Part shown: one piece after another, positions 35,001-47,900 of the stretch | Layout of the letters: each line of letters begins with the position of its first letter | How positions within the stretch are numbered: position 1 is the first letter of the stretch | NCBI RefSeq assembly: GCF_964204865.1 | Contig: NC_135252.1 | Location: forward strand, 10,478,001 to 10,542,000 | DNA length: 64,000 nt | Direction of reading: 5' to 3' | DNA from: Styela clava | Lineage: Eukaryota | Notes under the pieces: generated by a model | Seen by the model: only the letters and a program-made list of their open reading frames with translations | What the model was told of the DNA's origin: nothing | Database searches by the model: none | Translations under genes and position numbers: made by a program

Positions 35001-38000
35001 GCGGTCGATAGTCTGAAACAAATAAGAGTCAATCACTATAAGTTCCTTAAAGGTGAAGTTAAAATATTATTTGTGTATAAGTTGCAAATATACAAACGTT
35101 GAAACGTATTGATATATAATTGAAAATTATTTCAAGTTTTTGTCATATGACAAACATCTGCACGTAATGCAATTTAATACCTTGATCCTTATGATAGGGT
35201 GATCCTCCAAAATTGTTGCATATGCTGTCATGTTTTCAACTCCTGGGTTTGTAAATTCAGGTTTATGGTCGTTGACATCAGTCACTTTCACAAGGAGAGT
35301 AAGGTTGGTCTTGTGTGGCGGTTCGCCCATGTCTTGAGCGGTCACAATGAGCTGTTAGTATAATATAATAACGATTAGTTATATAGTATTGTCGATATAT
35401 GATTAGTGATACATATATGGTCCGATTTATGTTCTACTTTGAAGTAGGCTCACAAATAGGGCAATGTAAAAGAGGGTTCGTGTATAACGTATTCAACCAA
35501 CTAATGCAGAACAGTATTCAGTATTTACCCTCCAAAGTCTCTTCATTTCGTAGTCAAGCCTTCCAACTAAGGTCAGTTTCCCAGATTTTGAGTCGATGGC
35601 AAAAACTGCTCCGCCTCCAGTAAGAGAATAGCGAACTTGGCCATTTCTGGAATCGGCGAACTTTCCATCCTGAAAAATATTTATAATTCTTAGAATTCAA
35701 AGTATTGATCGTGTTGTTGGCACTTGAAGATTTACGGTAACCGTTTACTTTAGATGCTATAAATAGCGGTTATGGCGCATATTATCATACCACATACACA
35801 TGAAAAACACATTGGACAAATTGGCTAATCTAACATTAATAGAAACCGTACAGTACAAACCTTGGTTTTTATCAGAGCTGGTGTATTTAATGAGTCTTCG
35901 TCGTATGCAGTCACTGTGGTGATATAACTTCCAATTTGAGTATTTTCAGAGAGGGTGAAGGATTTCTGACTTGATCTGAACTGCGGCTTGTGATCGTTTG
36001 CATCCAATATAACAACAGACACGTTTTTCTCTGAGCATCTGTAGAAGATTGTCAAAGTTATTCAATATTTTTTAATATGTTGAAATTTCAGGTTACTTAA
36101 TATATATATATATATAATTAGGTAACTTTAGATGACTTGAAAACTTACTTTTTTGAATTTCCGTTGTCACAAGCTGTAATTCTAATGGTGTATCGATCCT
36201 GTGTCTCTCTATCCATCCTCGCATTCGTTGCGATTAAGTTGCCCGACTTCAGAATAAAGTTGTCGCTAACAAAAGATCCTGGTGGTTTTCGAGATATTTG
36301 GCGGGAACCAGCGGCTTGTAATCCGGCTAAGCCAGAATGGGTAGACCGATCAATTTCTGTTGTTAACTTCAAGGTTACTCGTCCGCTTTCTCCACTGTCA
36401 GCGTCGGTTGCACTAACATGTGCTACATATGTCCCAAGTTGTGCATCTTCTGGTACATAAGCTGTTTATAAGTTACATTTAGGAGATTAATTCAACAAGT
36501 TCACTATTACACGTTAGATGTAAGTAAGAAGTGTATGTCAGACTCTAGTGCTAAAACACGGTGATTGATTGATTTCATATTTTAAAACTTGGATTTTATC
36601 TGAACGTGGGGGTTATATATTTTTACATAATCAAATCTACCTGCTTTGTCTTCTCCTTTTAAAATGATGTTAACGTGAATTCTTGGTGGATTATCATTAA
36701 CATCCACTATTTGAATCATCAAAACAGTTTTTCCAGTTTTGCTTCCTCCGTCTTCTTTTGCCGCCTGATCTCTTGCACCAATCACAATTCGAAGGCTGTT
36801 AATTGTAAATAGCATTATTGTTGGGTAAACGGAGAAACTAGGAATCGGAATTAAGATTATAAAGATTAATAACATACTTTTTTCTAACTTCTCTGTCTAA
36901 TGGTTCAAGCAATTTTACTGCTCCTGTTTCTGGTTCCACTGTGATGAGATTTTGTACAGTAACAGAATTTCCTGCTTTAGGGATGAAGTAGCGAACTTTT
37001 CCAAAACGACCAGAATCAGCATCGCGAGCAACGACTGTGGTTATAACGTGACCAGCTGGAAGGTTCTCCCTAAGCTCCAAGTTATAGACCTAAAATGAAA
37101 AAAAATGGATTCGATGTTAGAATGATAATTGTCAAATATGTATTATTTCGCATATACGAGCATGCAAGAGCAACTGAGATATTTGTGGGACTGGTATATT
37201 ACCGGTTTGTATGAAAACTATTGATTTACTCACCCTACTGGTTGAGCTGGTTGGTACGGAATTTAAATGTAATACTTTTAAATACGTATATTTCACAACA
37301 CAATTTCTCACCGATTCGTCAAACTTCGGGTAATTATCATTTGCATCAAGTACGTTGATTCGAAGAAAAACTTGACTCGATCTTGGAGCAGGAGATCCCC
37401 TATCTTTTGCTGTCAAAGTCAAGTCGAAGGTGGTCGTGTCTTCATAATCTACAAAGGTTATTAATTTGAGCGTCTTATTATAAAGAACACGAGTAAATCG
37501 GCATACCAGAAAGGTTTTCTTAAAGCAAGAATTCTATTCCTGAAGTTACTTTTGTTTGACACACGATTGAGTGTTTTGAAAACGTCTTATTTACGCACCA
37601 CATTCGATCAAAACAAAATTTGTGCTATAGGGGACATGAACTTCTCATCGTCAAATTCACGCTCATGAAAGTCGCCATATAACCATTTTCATATTTGGGA
37701 CTTTCAATTATGCATGAGGTAAATGGCAGACTCCATGCGAATATTATGACGAAGGTTGATTCAACTAACGGTAATAGACACAAATGACAAATTGAGTGAG
37801 CTAAGCCGATTTTCTCTGACTAACACAACCAGCTAATCTCAACTATCAAAAGAATGCCATACACCCGTGAAGACCTATGCTATCTGTGATCTATTTTCTT
37901 TGAAACGTCTTCTACAGTACGTTTATACATTGTGGCTTTTGTATTTAATTAAGTTATTTGTCCATACCTAGACTCGATACGATGACCAGTTCCAAGTGAG

Positions 38001-38957
38001 CTGCTCCAGTATCGTCCTTGTATTGATTCAGTCCAAAATGATCGTTTCGTGATATAGAATAATGTATCATCGCATTTTCATCTATATAAAAAAGCAAAAT
38101 ATTATATTTCTGTACTGACATAGTAATAATGCATAATATTTGGAACAAATCATACTTATATCTTCGTCGCTCGCCAAATATTGATCCAAGCTGATTTTAG
38201 TTAGTTCAGGTGTATCTTCGCTTATGTTGAGAGAGAAAATGCGATCGCCCCCAGTTTTTGGAAATTTAGGGGCGTGGTCATTGACGTCAGTTACAACCAG
38301 CTCAAAATCCTGCAGCCGAAAGTGGGCTTGGGGCATCATTGCAGTCTGTAAAGAATATATAAAACTATATTTCCTCTGTGTATTGCTCAGATAAATTCCA
38401 ACAAGCACATGGGTTACATAAAGGTATCCCGTGGCTGTGTATCTCCAGCGTTGGAAGAGTTTCAATTTAATATGGGAGATTTTGAAATTCGAGAATGATG
38501 AAATACAGTTAAATTAATTGTTTCACTGGCTAGAACGCCAATATTGTACACGTAGATATTAAGATAGTTTCTACAAGATTAATACCTGAAGCAATATGAC
38601 GCATTCTAGTTCTGGGTCATTTCCACATTCAGTTTCTCGATCTACTGGTTGATTAACAGTTATAACTCCCGTTTGTCGGTTGATTTTCAGCCATTTTCCT
38701 TCGGATGCAATTTCTTTATGTCCGGCTATCATTCTTTGTCCAAGTATTTCAAAAGTTCTTCCAGTTAGTTCTGCTGCTCTGACACTGAACAGTTCAGCTA
38801 ATTTTGCTACCACCGTTCCAGGCTCTTGCTCTTCTGGAAAGTCTATTCTGTATTTTCCACTTCCAGGTTGAGAGGCACAAAGTCTTGGAATGCACACAAC
38901 TAAAACTAAAGCATAAGCTAGAACGCTCCTACATCTCGTCAGGCCAAATGACCTCAT
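32099..38957 (-). CDS. PCDH: delta-2 (non-clustered) protocadherin, PCDH17/18/19-like
   Basis: 17 frame-consistent GT-AG coding exons (minus strand): 38957-38586, 38345-38156, 38081-37968, 37448-37312, 37089-36878, 36795-36641, 36461-36149, 36038-35861, 35669-35529, 35351-35181, 35012-34842, 34654-34433, 34227-34046, 33899-33788, 33609-33507, 33402-33259, 32997-32099. Signal peptide; six EC repeats (linkers DVNDHAP, DANDNYP, DVNDNPP, DANDHKP, DVNDHKP); EC1 Cys pair (DRETEC...EC); TM ITVIVLATLASATVILLLVLACIVI; juxtamembrane CRKENKEIRTYNCRAAE; CM1 RDSGKGESDKDSD; CM2 CTISCRKYGHSDECWMP; no CM3 RRVTF. An acceptor just before 38966 implies an upstream non-coding exon. Confidence 0.95.
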
Positions 38958-41900
38958 ACTTTCCACCTAAAAATAAAAGTGAAAGATCTTCCTTGTTACT
39001 CAAGAACTTGACTTGATTACTTGAGAATTATAATCGCACGAGGCGAAGAAATCTATTGTGTAAGTCTATACCCAATTTATTCGCGTAAAAGTACTTTGCT
39101 AATGTCACAGCGGGAGTCGATTTATTCGATTATTCCGGTTCGTTAAATGTATTCAAGCGCGAGAGCAATATCAAAGTTTTGAACCAATACCGTGTCACAT
39201 TTTTATAATCTCTTTAAGGCGGATAATTGGTGCGATAGTATCGGCCAGCGGGATAGAAATGTTAGGAGCCGTAACTAGCGGGAAGCAGACACGGGACGCA
39301 GACATAAGTTTCACTTTTTACACAATGATACATTCCACAAAACGATGGAATGTATGATCAATTCGAAAAACGTACGATACTGAAAATCACTCTATTTATT
39401 ATACACGATAACAACCCTAATTTGTCGTCCGTAGTCCTGTTTTGGGATGCAATTCATAAAAAAAAAACGACTGGAAACGTGTAGCCATTGCCTATTATAC
39501 TATTCTGAACTATTCTCGTTTTCTTATACACTCCTTCTATTAAAACGAAGGAGGACAAATTATACCCGAATCAACATTGCCAGACCACATGAGATAAATA
39601 ATGCATAAAAACTATGTCGCTACTTCGTGCTATCACAGGACTTGTCTTGGCAATCTGGCATCCATACTCAATCGATGCGATGTACTGGTGAGAAAACCAA
39701 TTAATTAAGGCTGAATTAAAACAATGAGGAGGCATCGATCACCCACTCTATTGTAATATTGAAACTTTACTGTTGAAAACGTGATGTGAAATTTGCGAAA
39801 GTTGTATGTTAACAACATGCCTGAACATTTTGCATCACAATTTATTTCTTTGCGATATTTTAAGATAATTCGAACGAAAAAATGGAGATCTTAGTTCGAT
39901 ATGGAATTACTCCAAGACCATGCCTGACAACAAATCGATTGATCCCGAAGTCAAGTTTTCGTGTTCATTACAGACTTTTCGACAAATGATATTAAACCAT
40001 CGATTTTTAAGAAAACGTATAGTTGATCGAGTTCAAAAATTCGGATTAAGCTCTTGTACCCTTTAACTTTGCATACAGGCAGACTGAAAATGACTAAAAA
40101 TCTCGAACTGTCTTTTCCACATTTTTCATAGTTCGTTATCTGTCTTTATAATCATATAAATTAATAAAATTATTCCTGACTTGCCCTGCATTACTGACCA
40201 ACTTCAAGTGAAGAAACGATGGTTTAGTAAATGAAATATTATAAACTAATTGGTAAGAAGGCGGTTTGCAAACGAACACCTCCAACACGCGCAAGTATAT
40301 TAATATTGTGTGAATTCAAATTGCCACCTTGCTCAAAAACAAACACAAAAGAACTAATTATTTAATTACTCTGCTAATTTATTATTGAGATTATGAAACG
40401 CGCCAATTTAAAACTGACACGCGCCGCTTAGCACGTTAACTTGAAGGCGTCTGTTCGCCCACCTTTTATTGCATTGTTAGTTTGCTGGTAATTATATTAA
40501 TTGCTATATTGTCCCTGCTTTTATTCAAGTTCAATATGACGATAAATTGTTCCAGCCCAATAAAATTAGCATGCGGCATACCGCTTTTGCAATGTATTAA
40601 TATTAGAATGAGCACAAAAAGTCAGTTATCTACAACAAGTAATATTGCTGTATAACGAACGAATAATTTTTTCGTTTTTACAATTTTGTAGGTACCATCA
40701 AACTGTCTTATGCTATTGGGTTGTTTCAACAAAGGTAGAAAACGTAGGAATATATCGTATTTTCATTTCAGATCTCTTTTAATTGTTTCGTTTTATATTC
40801 TCAGATTCAGAATCTTTTTGCATTTCTATCCATTGCTGGAACATAAGAATTTACCGCATATCCCAATACTGTTCTGATGTTTAATTATAAACTGAAGTAT
40901 ACATTATGCAAAATGAAGTTTCGGAATTGCTCCAGAATTAATTCCGTTTTCGCTTAAAGGCAATTTGTAACTTTTAAAACTTTTACACGTGCCATGGAGG
41001 TCAACAGTGAGTCCCGCATTACGTCAATTTATGGGTTTATAACGCTAACTCGTTAGATCACACTTAATTGGAAACGAAAATAATCAAATAATTTTTCAAA
41101 ATTATTCCGAATATTTATTTTATGTTTGAGTATGATATGACATGTAATCACGATGACGTGACATTCAGTAGCCAATGCGATCGATGCGTAAGATTCTGCG
41201 TTCAATATTACAATGTACTCTATATATTCTAGGCCCTTGTTCTTTGTATAACTTATAAAAGAAAGTTGTTCCTGTTTTAATAGGCTTGAAAGGACGCATT
41301 GGGTTTCAGATAAAAATGTTCGATCTACGGCCTGACCCCTGCGGTGCTTTAAAACATTGTACAAGTATGAATTTTTGCTAGAACAAGTTGCAAAGGAGCA
41401 GTGTTTGGCCAGATATGTAATTAAAATCCTGTATCGCCTTTATCGTCGTTTCACGACATGTCACTCACAAAACCTCCCGGGACAAAAATCTGTGACATAT
41501 CGCAGAAGTGTACGTCACCCGACCTTATTTTATTAGATTATAACTCAATATCAGAAGTCTGCTTGATATCGAATATAGAAATTAGGACACGTACTGAATT
41601 AGTTTCCACGAAATTTCCCTTTAACTAAGTCTTCAATCTCAAATTTAATTATAGCGCCAGTATGTAAGATGAATATCAGTCCCTCAGCAGTTCGGCTGTC
41701 AATTATTTAAGTAACTATACTCTTTGCCTAGAAATAGCTGTAACCGAATAATTCTAAATTTCACAATTTTTTTGCGCTCAATTTCGACTAATATAATTTG
41801 AACAACTTTAAATGTAAAATGTCATTCAATACGTATCAGCAAGTATTTTATGTTTGATATGAACCAAAATATTTGTACATTGTTAGTTATAGTAATTTCA

Positions 41901-44900
41901 TTAAAATTCTATTAATTAAAATACACATAGCCTATGTTTTGTACAATTGACATCCTTTAAATACTTCAACTCATTGACACGACAATCCAAATTATCTTAG
42001 TATGGCATACTTCCCTACTTATTACCACGAAATCGTTTTCTTAACAGCATCATGAGTAACTTATTCCTTTTTACTGTCTTATTAATTACATTTTTCAAGT
42101 GATCTCGTCGAGGGGCTTTTGAGTATCGTTCGAAAAACTAAATTAAAAACGTTATGTACGCGACAGCTCTTGAAATTGTTAAGCATGTCTTACGCAAACA
42201 GAACAGATATATTACGTGTTGTCTCACGGGGTTGCATACTTGTTGATTTGGCGATTTTCCACAATATACCAGGTAAGATTCCAAATGACATTATTCTGAA
42301 TGAACGTTTACGTAGTTATTTGAATTTCTCCCTTCAATTAGGTATACATCGAGCAATAATGCACAAAACACTATGAAATGACTCTGAAGTCTAAACACTA
42401 AGTGTAAAAAAACAATACAATTATATGCCTAAACTGTAGTCTTTAAACGCAGAAAAGAAATATAAACTCATTTTATTTCTATTTATATATCTAACTCTCC
42501 ATCACTGATACACTGTAACTTTGAATAGCTTGTAAACTTAAGCATCCTGTTTTAATACAACTACTGTTTCAACGAAAAAGATTACAGTAGATTGAAAGTG
42601 TTACAAATATCTTGATTACGTTTGAAGGGTCTTTCTTCTTTTTTTTCAACTTATCGCTCTTCTTCCTTTAATGCTTTCCATAATCCGCGTTTAAAGATAT
42701 AATGCAACATTAGCGCATCAATAATGTCGGATTTTATCAGGCATAGATAAGAGGTTTAATCGGATCAAGGGCGGACTCCCGCGAACAAGACGAAAGATTC
42801 ACCATTGTCTTGGTTTTAATGATAGATTGATAGCGGGATTTGCTATTCAAGTTCTCATCCGATACTTCGCTCCAATTTATTCTGCTGCAAGAATAATAGC
42901 CCACAGCTGTATAGTACAGAAAGTGGGAGTGAATTAAAATAATCGCAGAGACACACTTTTGCTTAATATTTTAATTGTTATTGTTATACGCTGTGCTAAT
43001 TTGTTAATGTTGAATATATCAAAAGATGTGGAGCGTAAGTAATATCTAGGATGTGAAGTTTTGATTGTCTTTGTGATGCAATGAAAAAAATTCATAATAC
43101 TACATTATCTAAGAATTGCTAGGTCAACTACGTGCATGCCCTGAATAAATGAAATACCACATACTAAGATTTTATAATTTTTATCCCAGATTAGTATATA
43201 TATTATTATCAAAATATATCGAATATTTTCCACAAATTGGTAGTTGCTACATACATTCTCAATTCAGATTCATACGCATGGAATGTACGGATTAGTATTG
43301 CGATACTTGAAGGAAGTGGTTTGGATCATCCCTTCGAGTAGGGAGAACGCCCTTATGCCGGTCAGCAAATGTATGGTAATAGTAAGCAAAACAGATGTGT
43401 GGGTAATCCAGTAATTGATATATTTTCCAATAGCCATATAATATGATTTAGTACTTCCTTCATTATCAAATTGGTTCCCAAGATTGCACGGTTGCAAATC
43501 TGAGAGTCAATTTCAAATATAGTTTCTTAGTGCGTGTTGCCAATATTGCCGAATCGATAGCTAAGAAGCAAATCTTGTCATTGCTTTAAATCGGTTTATT
43601 TATTTTCAAAATATAGTAACCAATGTTGAAAAGCATAATATACGGAATGAACGGTGACAGAACGGTGGTATTCAAGATTAGAAAATAGACATATCTTGTT
43701 GATGATTACCAACTAATTGAATTGACTAAACATACTATGCAAATATGAAGATTAAACTCGGAAGTTGTGTACTTTGACCGAGTAATGCGGTATGATCATT
43801 TCAAATTTTGGAAAGAGATATTGACGGAAAATTAACCTCTTTTCAAATATAGTTAAATTTATGTAAAAGGTTGATCTCTAAGTATAACATTGAGTACACA
43901 ACCTCAATTTCACGGACATTTAGATTATACGCACGTTCCGTGAACAATTACTCATTTGTAATGCTCCAATTGCGTGAACATGCGTGTAATGATGCATCTC
44001 TGCAGCATTACAGCATTAAGAAGGAAATGGAAACGATTTGGAATCAATTTTATACAAATTAACCTTGTTCCTATGAAATTATTCTACACCAATGCTTTGA
44101 AAATATATGGAAGAACTCATATTTTCTTGCTTTTAGTTCTTTCGAACAAACATATCACGACACGTAATATCATACATTACACCAGGCAAAGTACAATTGA
44201 AGATTAAAAAATTATCGGACGCATAAGTTGGAGCAACTGTTAAAAATTTCGTTTATATTTTGCCACTTTCCACGATTTATCCCTCTTGTTCTTTTACTTG
44301 ATCGCACTAAATATTGTTGACATAAATATTAAATTCATCATTTGAAAATGGAGGTATTAGTCGATCGATGGCTGAAACGCACTCATATTTTGTACCGAGG
44401 GACGGCATGCCATTTGTTCATTGAAATAAATGAGACAGCTAATTACTTATGCCATAACTGGACGATGCATGCTTATAAAAAACGTCATAGTGATGACAAT
44501 AACTGGGGTAGCTTCTTTCTTTTATACCCACAACGCACGTACTAACACCAAGTTCCCATCCAATATTTTTTTTCTTGTGATTATTTGTAAATTATCTCAG
44601 TACCAACATGTAACCAAAACGCGCGATTATTATGTCTTGAAAACTTTTTTTGTACAACGAAATATCATTAAATTAAATATATTATCTGATAGCAAAGTGG
44701 GAATGAATATACCTCAGAATCTGCGTTTTATTCTTCCAACACGGTGGTCGATATAAACGTCAAGGCCTAAAACCCCCATTAAAGACCTCAAAATACAAAT
44801 AGCTGACCCGAAATACAAAAACATCAATATTTTCGAAACTTCACAAATTCGCGTGATAAAATTGGTAAAATCCCGGCGCCGATGAGGAGTAAAATATCAA

Positions 44901-47900
44901 ATTTCAACGCGTACTTGATATTCTACGGATTATTGAACCCAAAAGTATTGACACCCGGCAATATTTGAAGCGCATTATTTACTGTTTTTTATACGTCAAA
45001 CTGGGACCTGTTATATCATGCCCGCGGTTGCATTGACAGAAATTTATTCCATTTATTGACGATTTTGCTATTGACAGAAAGTAATTATAGATATTATTCA
45101 AATCGTACTAATATATAATAATGCAATAGGAACACTTACCTATACAACGCCTAAATAAAACCAAAGTTTACTATAGTCTATTTGAGAACTTAGAATTATT
45201 AGTGTAGAAGATGAAAAAGTATCTGTTATTCCAATGAAGTATGAAATTAATTAGTGTTACATACCAGTGTCTTCTAAGAAGTGTTTCTTCAAATTCTTCA
45301 AAATATACTAGGTAATAGTTTCTTGTTCCTTTCAAAATCAGGCAAAGAACTTCAAAAAAAATCTCGCGAACGTGCAATTATATTTTTTAAATCTACTGAT
45401 CTGTAAGTATTGACAAGAAACAGGTTGGGGACATGTGGATTTAAACGTTAAAATGCACTCAGCCACAAGACCGAAAATTTAAAAGTAAACAATTTTAAAA
45501 TATGTTTGGTCGTATTCATTTCACGTTTGCAATTCGGTGTCGAATTCTGAGTTTAATAGTAGATCAAACAAGATCAAGATATACCACAATGATAAATATT
45601 GAATATTGATATCACAAGATTTGTTTCCGCGAAACAGGGAAGTAACTAGTTGCCCCAGATGCCCAATTCAAGTGAATGCACGCGGCAACTAGGAACGATT
45701 TCAATATGTGAATGGAACCAAGTATGTGCCAAACATAGCACATAACGTAGCATATATCTGTGTTAACGGCGCTTGACAACCATCTATTTAAAGTGTCGAA
45801 TTCATAAGCAGAATTAACGTGTTCTTTTCATATGGATAGACTACAGTGAATTGTTTTCATAGTAGTGCTCGCACCATGAGCTAGTTTTCAATCGGTTTTA
45901 GTTCTATATTAACTCTGTAAATAGAAATTTGATTCTCGTATGTTTTTGTTGAAAAGCCACAACACCGTTGGTTCACGTTACATGTTAAATATTGTCTCTT
46001 TTGCCCACAATCAAAATTAATTTGTGCGTGGTAGGCAGTCAAGCGTCAGCCACGGATGGAACTCGTTTGCCGAATCGCCATTCATCCGTTAATCATGCTT
46101 GACAAAGAGTAATTTCTTGACCGTAGATAGGTATCGGAATTTTTTGTTGTGAAAAATCGTCATAGTTTACAGTGTGCGAGAAAATGAAAATTTATGTCAA
46201 TAAAATGAGTAAAAATATCCTAGTTTTAAATAAATGAACGATAAAATGACGATTTTGATCGTCATGGTAGATTGGATATTTTTTTCCAACACAAATTATT
46301 GAGGGTGTTACTATTGCCATATTACGAGGATTCGTGCAATCAATCACCTTAGGTGTCATTTTATGAAATTTCAGGGATTTTTTTTATCCAAAGCAAACAT
46401 TCCAATCGTCTGCGCGTCACGCCATCCGCGCAGATACATTTTGTAGGGCGATTTTCATCACAAAATATCATTCTATTATATGCGATATAAAACTTAAAAG
46501 ACATTTCGTATAAACAAAACCAGGTTTAATCTATATATATATATGTTTTTTTTGCTGTCCTTCGCAAATCCCACAACTCTCAAAAATACTCATGTAAAAT
46601 TACATCGACTCTCAGTAAATGGAATCACATTAACTGAAAACCATGACCAATTACTTCACATTTATTGAATTTCCTTAATTCAAACTTTGGCATAGACTAC
46701 CTCCGATGTTTAATGTTTACCGGTACCTCATAAACTTGCCTCACTTACAAGCCAACTATATTTTCTACACTTCTGTATCTACCTTTGAGGTTTTTAATTC
46801 CTTCCCCGATAAGCCTGCTAATCCCAGTGAAACATATGCTAAACTAAAGTCCACCTTTGAACCTCTGAAACTACCTTGTGGGCGGGCGAGTCGATCAATA
46901 TATATTTAACTTTGCAAATTGGATATCGCTACTGGTAATCAACCAACTGAAATCCAATAAAATGGACCATATTTGATTTACGCCCGAGTATCCTATGTTT
47001 TCAAAGGAATAATAAATTCTTTATACCTAAACCCAATAATGTTTTTTGTTGTGATTTTTCGGAATAAAAAGTTACCCAATGACAAAAATGCCAGAGCAAA
47101 AAATATACCGGTGCCTCGATAATCGCCAGCTAATATCAAAGACAAATATTTTGAAATTGAAATAAAGAAGTCTTACACTCTAGTAAAGTACCAGCAAGTT
47201 AATCCCGGACAATTCAAGAACTTAGTCGTTGTAAAATTGGCATTCACTACTGTTGATTATTGTTTTTATTCGCGTCGTAAGTCGGAAATCGTAGCACTGA
47301 ACGAGAGCAGGTAATCTATTATAATAATACGAAAAATACAAAAGTCCGGATTAATTACAGACCCCAATTGTTGTTCTAAAATCAAATTATCGTTAACAAA
47401 ATATCCTGAGGTTCTGTTGTACTTTTGTATCAATTATTTCAAAATTCTAAGTGCATCCCAGCAATGTATCAATGCCATGTTCTAATGAAGCATAGATCCG
47501 TCTACATCTCATTCTCGAGAAATAAATTTTCTGAAGTATTTGTCAGTAATGTGTGTCTCTTTCTGCCTTTCGTTCCGAAGATTGTAGTCGCTTTCTTACA
47601 CTTCTGACCAACCATCTGTGTGTGTCTCAGCTAAAAAATTATAACAATTTGAGTTAAATTGAAATTTATTCAATATCTACTTTGCTAAACTTAGATACTT
47701 TTTCATAGGAAGACAACTTTATCTCTGACGCCTCGACTCGGTAGGTGGCCAGACAACTTACGAACAACAGACGTTCTATGAATGCGAAATAGATATCGTA
47801 TCGTTGTCCAACTTTCCATCAATTTTCTGTCTATTGTCAAAACTTTGACAAATCCTGATCTTCCTCCGTGGATTTAAGAAAATCTATGTCATTCTTTGGT

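Noticed and set aside
39320-39365. miR-1 precursor (TGGAATGTA in a hairpin)
   Set aside because: Stem is only ~10 bp and the sequence after the seed does not match mature miR-1.
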